From Macrostomum lignano (lineage: Eukaryota), in NCBI GenBank assembly GCA_002269645.1, contig NIVC01001025.1, positions 82,052 to 146,051 on the forward strand: a stretch of 64,000 bases of DNA. The letters run 5' to 3'. Positions within the stretch are counted from its first letter, which is position 1. Each line of letters begins with the position of its first letter. The notes under the pieces are model-generated. The model was not told the DNA's origin, searched no databases, and saw nothing but the letters and a program-made list of their open reading frames with translations. Shown piece by piece: positions 36,345 to 47,814 of the stretch. The position numbers and the translations under genes were made by a program.

Positions 36345-37990
36345 GGGTCACACTCTCAATAGTAACAGAAGGGTCACACTCTCAATAGTAACAGAGGGTC
36401 ACACTCTCAATAGTAACAGAGGGTCACACAATAGTAACTGAGGGTCACACAATAGTAACTGAGGGTCACACAATAGTAACTGAGGGTCACACAATAGTAA
36501 CAGAGGGTCACACAATGGTAACAGAGGGTCACACAATAGTAACAGAGGGTCACACTCTCAATGGTAACTGAGGGTCACTCTCTCAATGGTAACAGAGGGT
36601 CACACAATAGTAACAGAGGGTCACACAATAGTAACTGAGGGTCACACAATAGTAACAGAGGGTCACACAATGGTAACAGAGGGTCACACAATAGTAACAG
36701 AGGGTCACACTCTCAATGGTAACAGAGGGTCACACTCTCAATAGTAACAGAGGGTCACACTCTCAATAGTAACAGAGGGTCACACTCTCAATAGTAACAG
36801 AGGGTCACACTCTCAATAGTAACAGAGGGTCACACTCTCAATAGTAACAGAGGGTCACACTCTCAATAGTAACAGAGGGTCACACTCTCAATAGTAACAG
36901 AGGGTCACACTCTCAATAGTAACAGAGGGTCACACTCTCAATAGTAACAGAGGGTCACACTCTCAATAGTAACAGAGGGTCACACTCTCAATAGTAACAG
37001 AGGGTCACACTCTCAATAGTAACAGAGGGTCACACTCTCAATAGTAACAGAGGGTCACACAATAGTAACTGAGGGTCACACAATAGTAACTGAGGGTCAC
37101 ACAATAGTAACAGAGGGTCACACAATGGTAACAGAGGGTCACACAATAGTAACAGAGGGTCACACTCTCAATGGTAACTGAGGGTCACTCTCTCAATGGT
37201 AACAGAGGGTCACACAATAGTAACTGAGGGTCACACAATAGTAACTGAGGGTCACACAATAGTAACTGAGGGTCACACAATAGTAACAGAGGGTCACACA
37301 ATGGTAACAGAGGGTCACACAATAGTAACAGAGGGTCACACTCTCAATGGTAACTGAGGGTCACTCTCTCAATGGTAACAGAGGGTCACACAATAGTAAC
37401 AGAGGGTCACACAATAGTAACTGAGGGTCACACAATAGTAACAGAGGGTCACACAATGGTAACAGAGGGTCACACAATAGTAACAGAGGGTCACACTCTC
37501 AATGGTAACAGAGGGTCACACTCTCAATAGTAACAGAGGGTCACACTCTCAATAGTAACAGAGGGTCACACTCTCAATAGTAACAGAGGGTCACACAATA
37601 GTAACAGAGGGTCACACTCTCAATAGTAACAGAGGGTCACACTCTCAATAGTAACAGAGGGTCACACAATAGTAACAGAGGGTCACACTCTCAATAGTAA
37701 CAGAGGGTCACACTCTCAATAGTAACAGAGGGTCACACTCTCAATAGTAACTGAAGGTCACACTCTCAATAGTAACAGAGGGTCACACAATAGTAACAGA
37801 GGGTCACACAATGGTAACAGAGGGTCACACAATAGTAACAGAGGGTCACACAATGGTAACAGAGGGTCACACAATAGTAACAGAGGGTCACACAATAGTA
37901 ACAGAGGGTCACACAATAGTAACAGAGGGTCACACAATAGTAACAGAGGGTCACACAATAGTAACAGAGGGTCACACTCAATGGTAGCAG
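36345..37990. repeat. Mixed 21/25-bp minisatellite (AGGGTCACAC[TCTC]AATAGTAACAG)
   Basis: Two unit lengths interspersed; runs directly into the kinase 5' exon. Confidence 0.95.
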
Positions 37991-38558
37991 AGGACCGTCT
38001 TCTCTCACCGTCCGAGCAGATTCGAACGAGTTCCGAACTCGCCGGCCGGCGGCTCAGCTGCTTGCAGCTGTCGTCATTGCCGGCCTCCTGCTGATCATCG
38101 TCAGCCTTCTGGGCCTCCTCGGAGTGCTGATTTTCCATCAGTTGGCCGGCGATGATGCGTCAGCGGCTGCTTCAATGCTAGCAGAATCTTCTTCGCCAGG
38201 AGAAAGCGCCGAGCCCAGCCTCTCGAAGCTCTACTCCGCCGCTCTGACCGAAATCGTTTTCGATACATATCGGCGCCGTCAGCTGGAGCAACAGCTACTA
38301 GAATCGAATTGTCGGCGACGTTATCGGAGCCTGCGACCGCTGGGCGCCGGCTGGAGCAAAGCTGCTGAGCTGGCTGTGGACGCTCAGACCGGGGAGACAG
38401 TGGCGTTGAAGCGGCCTCACCGAAGCGGTCGCGACATGCTCGACTGCCTGCGAAGGCGACTCGGCGACGTCGACGGTTGCTACGAGCGATTGGCTGGCAA
38501 ATTCCTGCGCGAACTCGTCTTCCTGCAGTCGCTGGACGGCACCGATGGGATCGTCAGG
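37983..38558 (+). CDS. PKDCC: PKDCC/VLK-like secretory-pathway kinase, first recognisable coding exon (TM anchor + N-lobe); 5' boundary uncertain
   Basis: The frame of ORF 38124 stays open back to a stop at 37962 and includes LLAAVVIAGLLLIIVSLLGLLGVLIF. It then reads LGAGWSKA (Gly loop), VALK, SGRDMLDC..GCYERLAGKFLRELVFL, matching VLK SGHDLGSC..GCYRLAAHKLLKEMVLL. Donor AGG|GTGAGC, phase 0. Confidence 0.85.
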
Positions 38559-38582
38559 GTGAGCTGGAAGAAATGAAAGCAG

Positions 38583-39240
38583 TGTGAATGGGGCTGACTG
38601 GGTGTGAATGGAGCTGACTGGGATGTGAATTGAGCTGTCGAGGGTGTGAATGGAGCTAAATTGTGAATTGAGCTGACTGGGATGTGAATGGGGCTGGATA
38701 GGGTGTGAATGGGGCTGACTGGGGTGTGAATGGGGCTGACTGGGGTGTGAATTGAGCTGACTTGGTGTGAATTGAGCTAACTAGGGTGTGAATGGGGCTG
38801 ACTGGGGTGTGAATGAAGCTGACTGGGGTGTGAATGAGGCTGACTGGGTGTGAATTGAGCCAACTAGGGTGTGAATGGGGCTGACTGGGGTGTGAATGGA
38901 GCTGACTGGGTGTGAATGGGGCTGACTGGGGTGTGAATGGGGCTGAATAGGGTGTGAATGGGGCTGATTGGGTGTGAATTGAGCCAACTAGGGTGTGAAT
39001 GGGGCTGACTGGGGTGTGAATGGAGCTGACTGAGATGTGAATGGAGCTGACTGGGGTGTGAATGGGGCTGAATAGGGTGTGAATGGGGCTGATTGGGTGT
39101 GAATTGAGCCAACTAGGGTGTGAATGGGGCTGACTGGGGTGTGAATGGAGCTGACTGAGATGTGAATGGGGCTGGATAGGGTGTAAATGGGGCTGACTGG
39201 GGTGTGAATGGACCTGGCTAGGGTGTGAATCTGAGTGTTA
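38583..39240. repeat. ~21-bp minisatellite (GTGTGAATGGGGCTGACTGGG)
   Basis: Starts ~25 nt after the donor; read directly. Confidence 0.93.
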
Positions 39241-39777
39241 CGAGTGTGAATGAATAACATGGGAGTATCGGGAGCGTGAACAAGGCTCTGTAACTGAGGA
39301 GTGCGTGACAACTTTCTGCAAGCATCGGGCCTATTTGCAACTCAGTGTATACTAGCTAATGCTGCAATCTTTGCATAAACTCCCGCAACATGCGGGCTTC
39401 TCCTCTCAACAACACAGCAAGTGAGCCACCTATCATCCACTTTACTCCGTCGCAATTATTCTCGTCATTGTGAAAGCAAGCAAGCTCAGAACATCTTGCT
39501 TTTTCATATCATTATTCTCCTTCTTCTTCTTCTGCTTCTGCTTCAAGTGCGAGTAGAATCTTCAACCAGCTTAGCAGCAGGCGTCTTAATCAGCTTAATG
39601 AGCTGGCCAAGCATGGGGCTTTTGAGGGGCTGCTTCATTCATTAATGGGTCTGGGGGTGGGCTTGGCTGCCGTACCGAAGTCCTGCATGCCAGCTAGCCC
39701 GATCATGGACACTTAAATAGAGTCTGGAATAGCACCTCTCCCCCTTTCTACTGACCTTCTTTTTACGGAATCTGTCG

Positions 39778-40600
39778 GTAGGTTCACGGTCTTTGCTGCA
39801 TCACAGTCCCTGGGTTCACGGTCTTTGCTGCATCACAGTCCCTGGGTTCACGGTCTTTGCTGCATCACAGTCCCTGGGTTCACGGTCTTTGCTGCATCAC
39901 AGTCCCTGGGTTCACGGTCTTTGCTGCATCACAGTCCGTGGGTTCACGGTCTTTGCTGCATCACAGTCCCTGGGTTCACGGTATTTGCAGAGGCACAGTC
40001 CCTGGGTTCACGGTCTTTGCTGCATCACAGTCCCTGGGTTCACGGTCTTTGCTGCATCACAGTCCCTGGGTTCACGGTATTTGCAGAGGCACAGTCCCTG
40101 GGTTCACGGTCTTTGCTGCATCACAGTCCCTGGGTTCACGGTCTTTGCTGCATCACAGTCCCTGGGTTCACGGTCTTTGCTGCATCACAGTCCCTGGGTT
40201 CACGGTCTTTGCTGCATCACAGTCCCTGGGTTCACGGTCTTTGCTGCATCACAGTCCCTGGGTTCACGGTCTTTGCTGCATCACAGTCCCTGGGTTCACG
40301 GTCTTTGCTGCATCACAGTCCGTGGGTTCACGGTCTTTGCTGCATCACAGTCCCTGGGTTCACGGTATTTGCAGAGGCACAGTCCCTGGGTTCACGGTCT
40401 TTGCTGCATCACAGTCCCTGGGTTCACGGTCTTTGCTGCATCACAGTCCCTGGGTTCACGGTATTTGCAGAGGCACAGTCCCTGGGTTCACGGTCTTTGC
40501 TGCATCACAGTCCCTGGGTTCACGGTCTTTGCAGAGTCACAGCCCCTGGGTTCACGATCTTTGCTGCATTATAGTCCCTGGGTTCACGGTCTTTGCGGCA
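39778..40600. repeat. 32-bp minisatellite (GGGTTCACGGTCTTTGCTGCATCACAGTCCCT)
   Basis: Read directly; source of the 250-306 aa repeat ORFs. Confidence 0.95.
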
Positions 40601-41187
40601 AAGTCAAAGTCATCGAGTTCACGGGTAAAAAATGTTTTGAAAAGTTCTATCTAAGCCATCTCATAGGCTGTGACTCAGAATTTGAAGTTTTTATAGCAAG
40701 AGCCAATCTTTAAAATGAGACCAGCTTCATTATCAGTAAATTCGAACGACACTGAAAATGTTTTTTGACGAAAAGACTGTAGCCACTCCTGATACTCATT
40801 GAAGACCTCCCTGGCCTATGGGTCATCCAGCTGCATGTTAGGAGGCCCGAGTGGCCCTACAGTTTGATTAAAATATCTTCTTCAGAACTGGCGAGGCTCA
40901 TTAAGAGAAGCAGCTGCCCCCCGCTGCGGAGAGTCTGGCACAGTGAAGTGGCTTAATGCATTTAAAATTAAATCTCGGCCATGCCTGTACCTTCTGAGAG
41001 TCTGAGAGGCTCAAGCCAGCAGATTTTTATCAGGACTATCAGACGATCAATTATAGTGGGATAGTTTATGCAGTATTTCAGCTAGCTTTATAGCAATACA
41101 GCTCTGAATATCTAGATTCACTGTGTCATGGGTACTGATGATGAAGCTGTAGAAGCTTTAAAACGAGGTTGCTGAGGTTGGCCACGG

Positions 41188-41830
41188 GCGGGTTCACGGT
41201 CTTCACGTCACAGTCCCCGGGTTCACGGTCTTCACGTCACAGTCCCCGGGTTCACGGTCTTCGCTCCAAAGTCCCCGGGTTCACGGTCTTCGCTCCAAAG
41301 TTTCCGGGTTCACGGTCTTCGCTCCAAAATCCCCGGGTTCACGGTCTTCGCATCATAGTCCCCGGGTTCACGGTCTTCGCTCCAAAATCCCGAGTTCACG
41401 GTCTTCGCTCCAAAATCCCCGGGTTCACGGTCTTCGCATCATTGTCCTCGGTTCACGGTCTTCGCTCCAAAATCCCCGGGTTCACGGTCTTCGCATCATT
41501 GTCCCCGGTTCACGGTCTTCGCTCTAAAACCCCGGGTTCACGGTCTTCGCTCCAAAGTCACCGGGTTCACGGTCTTCGCTCCAAAGTCCCCGAGTTCACG
41601 GTCTTCTCTCCAAAATCCCCGGGTTCACGGTCTTCGCTCCAAAGTCTCCGGGTTCACGGTCTTCGAATCAAAGTCCCCGAGTTCACGGTCTTCGAATCAA
41701 AATCCCCGAGTTCACGGTCTTCGCTCCAAAGTCCCCGAGTTCACCGTCTTCGAATCAAAATCCCCGAGTTCACGGTCTTCGAATCAAAGTCCCCGAGTTC
41801 ACGGTCTTCGCTCCAAAGTCACGGGTCTAG
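41188..41830. repeat. 30/31-bp minisatellite (GGGTTCACGGTCTTCGCTCCAAAATCCCC)
   Basis: Read directly. Confidence 0.93.
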
Positions 41831-43844
41831 AGTTTTTCGGCCGACTCCCCTTTCACAAGGCCACAGAGAGTTTGCATGACTGCTGAAAGTCAGGACCGCT
41901 GTACACCCAGGGGTCAGCAGAATGCGCATGGACTGCTTGCCTCGATGCCCAAAGCCCCCATTCCCAAGGACGGTATGGGGAGAGAGAGCGGAAGAGGGAA
42001 GACAGGCTTATAGGACTGGCGAAGAATGAGGTCCACCAGAGAAGAGCAGAGCCTTCCTGCATGCAAAAAGCCCGAGTGGCCACTCCAGCCAGCCGCAGCG
42101 CCCCCCTACAGTCCAGTGAACAATGCCAGTCAATTAGGGAAAAACGAAAACTCAACTGCTGCATCAGTGGCGGAGCCGTTCAGGGTCCTAAGCGCTTAAT
42201 AGCACAGGTAGGATGAAGCCAGCTCTATTAGCATATGCTAGCTAGCGCTGCAATGGAAAACTATATAGTGAACAGAACAGCTGTTCTGTGTCGGGCATTG
42301 CGGTATTGGAGTTTTGCATGTTCTCAACAGACAAAGAAGCCACTGCAGAGCCACTCGCTAGCAGCAACTTGCAGATGTGGGAGGGCAAAAATATTTGCTG
42401 GAGTTTTCAACTTTTTAGCACCAAGCTCACAACATCTCACATTTAGAACAGAATTTGGAGGAAATCTATGCGTATCATAGACAAAATAGACGTCTTTTTT
42501 TACACAATTTTGCTCTGATTTCTTGCCTTTCTCTGTTCTATAGAAAGGAAATGTTCTATCTTATCATAAAAACGCTAGAGGAAGTCAGATTATTTATGCT
42601 AATAAGATGTTTTTGATCTACGTCCACGGCTTACAGAAGGGACGAAACATTTTCGCGTTCAAATATAATTAGAATTTCTCGGAAAAATAGAATCCAATAA
42701 AACAAACTAACATTCCGGATCTATAAGAACTCTAAAATAAATTTACGCAAGAAAAAATGTATTGTTTCAAGTTTTATTATAGTTTGTGGGCGAAATGCTT
42801 ATCGAAAGTTTATCGCGAGAAAGTTCGAAAAGATTTGCCATTATGTACATTTGTAAATATACGAGTCGAGAAAAATACATTAAAGAGAGACAAAAGCAAC
42901 TGAAATTTCGCTTGCTTGCCGATTTCCAGTAGTCTGCTGGTAAGAGTTTGGGCAGAATTCGCATCGATCTGGGGAGATTGGCGCTTTGATTCCCGGGTTT
43001 CCCAAAGCCCTTCCCGTCCCAGAGATCCTTGCGCAGCATCCCCTTCCAATGCATATGATTCTCATTTTCTTTTTTTCTCCATCTCTCGCTGAATCATCTC
43101 ATCATGGCTAGACCTGAGATCCCGCCAGAGACTTTCCTTCCCTGTGCGGCTCGCCTCGAATCCGTTAGGATGCTGGAATTGAAGGAATGAAGGAATCAAT
43201 ATGGGCACGAGCACAGCTTCCTCCATGCCAGTTTCATCTTATGTGGTTTTCTCCCGAGGAAAACACATGATTAAGCTTCAAGTCCTTTCCAATTGCTGGG
43301 TGATGTTAAATGTTGCTGTACACCCTGATGTAAGCGTGTGCCTGGGTACGTATCCATGTTACTCGTACAATATCGCTGACGGGCCCCAGACCCTCAACAG
43401 ACCAAAGCCAGATATGGCGCATTGTCCTAAATAAGAGCAGCACAAGTGCCCCACACTCAGAGCTGTCACTCTCGCTTATGTAGGACTCCGCTGCTAAATT
43501 CATTTATGCTTCTCACTCCTACCCCCCGGCTCAGTACTGAGAGCTTGACTCATCCAATAATGCTGTCGATTAGTTACAGACTATGGGATTCACAAATCAG
43601 AGGATTGCTGCTGAAATGAATCATCCAGCAGCACACCTGTTTAATGTCGCTGGGCATTTCTGTGGACTGAAAGGGGGTTTATTGATGCGCAGGAGTCGAA
43701 GGGACGGAGGCCGGTTGGAGGGGGGTGGGCTGCTGAGGCACGCAGTCTGTCTGCAGCTTTGATTGATTGGAGGCGATGCGACTTAATTACCACGGCTGTA
43801 AGGTTGGGCTCCGATTCTTTGGGATTTTAATGAGTATGTTGCGG

Positions 43845-43862
43845 TCTGTCTGTCTGTCTATG

Positions 43863-43953
<91 letters not shown>
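43845..43953. repeat. (TGTC)n microsatellite
   Basis: Read directly. Confidence 0.97.
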
Positions 43954-43955
<2 letters not shown>

Positions 43956-44021
43956 TCTGATGTTTTCAGCTCGACAATCGGCTTAAGCTAGAAGCCCCTT
44001 CCGCCCCAATTCCCATTGCAG

Positions 44022-44129
44022 CTCAAAGGCTGGTGCCTGTCGCACAGAGAATTCTACATCGCCACTGAAGTTGGCAACCCGCTGGACATTGTCAGCCTGC
44101 TGCAGATGGGCTGGGAGGACAGACTCAGG
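44022..44129 (+). CDS. PKDCC: PKDCC/VLK-like kinase exon (LKGWCLSHREFYIATEVGNPLDIVSLLQMGWEDRLR)
   Basis: CCCATTGCAG| acceptor and |GTGAGT donor, 108 nt; matches VLK [27 protein letters not shown]. Not in the ORF track. Confidence 0.92.
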
Positions 44130-44199
44130 GTGAGTAGTTAAAGCGAGCTGAATCAACTCGTCTAAGGGATCATCGAAAACCCTCATCGAACCCTTGCAG

Positions 44200-44411
44200 A
44201 TCGCGGCGGACCTCGCCCAGCTGCTGCATCGACTGCACGCCTCCCCAGTCGGCTCCCTGGCTTTGCGCGACTTCCGGCGCGGCCAGTTCGCGCTCGCCGG
44301 CGACGGCCGGCTGAAACTCATCGATTTGGACGACCTCGACAGGCGGCTGCCGCGGTGCAGCGGCCGGGATGGACTGTGCAGCGAGAAGGTCGACAAGGTC
44401 AACTACGTCAG
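44200..44411 (+). CDS. PKDCC: PKDCC/VLK-like kinase exon with catalytic motifs
   Basis: LHASPVGSLALRDFRRGQF..LKLIDLDD matches VLK LAHSPLGSVTLLDFRPRQF..LKVTDLDD. Acceptor CCTTGCAG| follows a 70-bp intron; donor CAG|GTGAAC, phase 2. Confidence 0.92.
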
Positions 44412-44464
44412 GTGAACGCAAGGGCGTTGACTGTCTATCTCATTTTTCCTCTCTCACTAGTTAC

Positions 44465-45165
44465 TGTCTATCCCTGTCACTCCGATTCCTATCTGTCACT
44501 CCGATTCCTATCTGTCACTCTCGAATCCTATCTGTCACTCTCGATTCCTATATGTCACTCTCGATCCCTATCTGTCACTCTCGATTCCTATCTGTCACTC
44601 TCGATCCCTATCTGTCACTCTCGATCCCTATCTGTCACTCTCGATTCCTATCTGTCACTCTCGATCCCTATCTGTCACTCTCGATTCCTATATGTCACTC
44701 TCGATCCCTATCTGTCACTCTCGATTCCTATCTGTCACTCTCGATCCCTATCTGTCACTCTCGATTCCTATCTGTCACTCTCGAATCCTATCTGTCACTC
44801 TCGATCCCTATCTGTCACTCTCGATTCCTATATGTCACTCTCGATCCTTATCTGTCACTCTCGATTCCTATCTGTCACTCTCGATCCCTATCTGTCACTC
44901 TCGATTCCTATCTGTCACTCTCGATTCCTATCTGTCACTCTCGATCCCTATCTGTCACTCTCGATCCCTATCTGTCACTCTCGATTCCTATCTGTCACTC
45001 TCGATTCCTATCTGTCACTCTCGATCCCTATCTGTCACTCTCGATTCCTATCTGTCACTCTCGATTCCTATCTGTCACTCTCGATCCCTATCTGTCACTC
45101 TCGATTCCTATCTGTCACTCTCGATTCCTATCTGTCACTCTCGATCCCTATCTGTCACTGTCACT
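44465..45165. repeat. 20-bp minisatellite (CCTATCTGTCACTCTCGATT)
   Basis: Period of 20 bp read directly; fills the intron. Confidence 0.95.
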
Positions 45166-45266
45166 CTTAATCCCTATCTGTCTGTCACTTTTGTTCTCTG
45201 TCACTCTGATGTGTTAGTTATTGCTCAAACTCAAACTCAAGAACTCCCTGCCAACTCCCTGAACAG

Positions 45267-45508
45267 CACCCGCTGCCGCCAGTGGACCTGCCCGGGCCAC
45301 AACGATCGAGTCAACCTGCACAGAGCCGGCGGCCAGTTCTTCAACTTCCTGTTACTGCACGGCGCCCCGCCTGGCCTCGCCAATGGCGTGCGCAAACTGC
45401 GGCGTCCTGGCAGTGCCAACAGCGGAGGCGGCAGTCAGCAGCTGCTGATTCAAATTAACCGACTGGTACAGCAGTACAGCAACGGGAAATACTCGCTGGT
45501 TGATCAAG
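45267..45508 (+). CDS. PKDCC: PKDCC/VLK-like kinase exon (C-lobe)
   Basis: CPGHNDRVNLHRAGGQFFNFLLLHGAPP..LVQQYSNG matches VLK [36 protein letters not shown]. The acceptor CCCTGAACAG| at 45267 is the only nearby phase-2 site; donor G|GTGAGT. Confidence 0.88.
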
Positions 45509-45529
45509 GTGAGTCAAGGTGATCTCTTC

Positions 45530-45872
45530 TTAATGCTTGAGAATCTGCCTCTCCGCTCTTCTCAGTGCTTGAGAATCTGCCTCTCCGCTCTCCTCAGTGC
45601 CTGAGAATCTGCCTCTCCGCTCTTCTCAGTGCCTGAGAATCTGCCTCTCCGTTCTTCTCAGTGCTTGAGAATCATCTGCCTCTCCGCTCTTCTCAGTGCT
45701 TGAGAATCATCTGCCTCCGCTCTTCTCAGTGCTTGAGAATCTGCCTCTCCGCTCTTCTCAGTGCTTGAGAATCATCTGCCTCCGCTCTTCTCAGTGCTTG
45801 AGAATCTGCCTCTCCGCTCTTCTCAGTGCTTGAGAATCTGCCTCTCCGCTCTTCTCAGTGCTTGAGAATCTG
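45530..45872. repeat. ~32-bp minisatellite (GAGAATCTGCCTCTCCGCTCTTCTCAGTGCTT)
   Basis: Read directly. Confidence 0.93.
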
Positions 45873-45944
45873 CTGACTTCGAGCATACATGTAAATAGAC
45901 TTCTCTGATAAAAGCGCCTTGCCAATTTCCAAATCGAATTGCAG

Positions 45945-46139
45945 CAGCCGGCCACAGCGCAGCGGCATTCCAGCTGGTGCCCAACGCCACGGTGTCCGGC
46001 TCCGACTATCCCTGCAGCTACACGGTGCTGGGCGCCCGGTGCCGAGTCACCGCGTTCAGCCTGGCGGAGGCGCGCCTGTTGTGTGCCGGGGAGCCCGGCT
46101 GCCGGGGGTTCGTTGTGACACCCGACCGCTCGTGGACTA
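45945..46139 (+). CDS. PKDCC: PKDCC/VLK-like kinase exon (C-terminal Cys-rich domain)
   Basis: FQLVPNATVSGSDYPC..CRVTAFSLAEARLLCAGEPGCRGFVVTPDRSWT matches VLK [43 protein letters not shown] acceptor (45945/45948) and donor A|GTGAGT; 195 nt keeps phase 1. Confidence 0.9.
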
Positions 46140-46189
46140 GTGAGTTATAATTACTTTATAGCCTTGAAACATAAATTAAATGTCAGAGA

Positions 46190-47814
46190 TCTCTCTTAAT
46201 ACTAAAATCTTAATACTAAAACTGGTGCGTTGTTTGTCTGTGTGATACATATCTCCTCCTAGACGACTTGCAAGTCAGCGTCGAAACTTATATGGGAAAA
46301 CTGCAAATTTTCCGAGGATGGCAGTGGGCTATTTCATTTTTTTATTTTTACAGTCTAAGATCCCGAAAAAAGCAAAAAACTGCAATCTTGACCTTTGATA
46401 ATCTTATTTGTCCCCTCTTTCTGCTTGGAGCTAAAAATTTGCATGAATTTTGAGCGATTGCGCCATAACTTTCTCCTATCTCTGCAGTGTATTTTCTCTC
46501 CAGTGGGGGTGCTCGCGTTCTCAGTGGCGGCGTGTGTACACTTGGACCTTGGCGCACGGGCTGACTGTATAGACAATTGCGCAACGATACGTGCTCTGAT
46601 TTTCAATTAGGCAGCCCGGTGTGTTTTTTGCACACTGAAATTCAATGCATCAACATGCGAGCCTTTTTAGCAGGCAGGTGAACGTACACTCGATACTTCA
46701 ATGCTTTAAATCGGGACATTTCAAACGCTAACTGTTGCTCGAGTTGTAAACTTTAAAAGAATAGACTTATATTGCTGGAAAGATCTTGCAACACTGAGTT
46801 CGGGGATATAAGTTGTTTGTTTTAAATGTGAAAAGAAAAAACACAGCGATCGAAAACAACTTCCATACTTTTTACTTTCTGGAAAGATTGTACTCATTTT
46901 GGGGTTCAATGGGGTTCGACCAACCCCCCAACAGTTGGTGGGAGGGGGGGCGGTTCAACTTTTAATTGCCACTGCGGAAGGGGGTCAGTCGCTGTGTATT
47001 GGAGGGTTGATTTAGATTGCGCAATCATTTCGTGTGCACTTGGACCTTGGCGCACGGGCTGACTGTATAGACAATTGCAATTCACTGTTGCAGCCAGTGA
47101 ACGTACACTCGATATTTCAATGCTTAAAATCAGAAAGTTTCAAACACTAACTGTTGCTCGAGTTTTGAACTTAGAGAGGAGAGACTTATATTGCTGGAAA
47201 GATCTTGCTGCGATGAGTTCGGGGATATAAGTTTTTTGCTTTAAATATGAAAATTAAATTCACAGCATTCAAGAAAAGATTTTCATACTTTTAGCTTTCT
47301 GCAAAGATTTTGCTCATTTTGGAGTTCAATGGGGGTTCGACCGACCCCCCCCCCAATAGTTAGTAGGGGGGGTTCAATTTCTAGCTGCACTGCGTATTGG
47401 AAGGGGGTCGGTTGCTGTGTATTGGAGGGCTGATTTAGATTGCGCAATCTTTTTGTTAACTTTAACCGACGCTGATACTGACTGCCTGAGAAATAAGTTG
47501 CGCAATTTAATTGGTTCAATGTTTTTACGGCGCCTTTCAACACGCAGCTGTGTGTAGCTCTAACCCTAACCCTAACCCTAACCAATGAATTCTGAGAGCT
47601 GGGCTGTTTGACGGAGAAATTTCGATTTAGTCCAGTTTCACGGAGAGGATTTCTATTTCGCGGAGAATATTTCGATAGTGTTCAGTTTCACGGAGACGAT
47701 TTCTGTTGCGCGGAGAGGTGTTGGAAAATGGGATTCCGCTGATGGAGTTCAGGGAATGGAATTCCGCTGATTGGAGTTCTTCCCCTTTCTTCTCCGAAGG
47801 AGGAGTTGGCCTCG
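46190..47814 (+). mobile_element. Non-autonomous Helitron-like element, family A copy 1
   Basis: 5' A|TC..TTAATACTAAAA..TTGTTTGTCTGTGTG head; 3' hairpin CTTCTCC-GAA-GGAGGAG followed by TTGGCCTCG; internal (TAACCC)3 at 47561-47583. Confidence 0.75.

Noticed and set aside
37758-38138. Minus-strand ORF MENQHSEEAQKADDDQQ..(CDPLLLL)n
   Set aside because: It is the antisense shadow of the kinase TM exon running into the satellite.
47561-47583. True telomere or chromosome-fusion site
   Set aside because: The tracts are only 4-5 units long, embedded in repeated elements inside an intron, and not arranged head-to-head.
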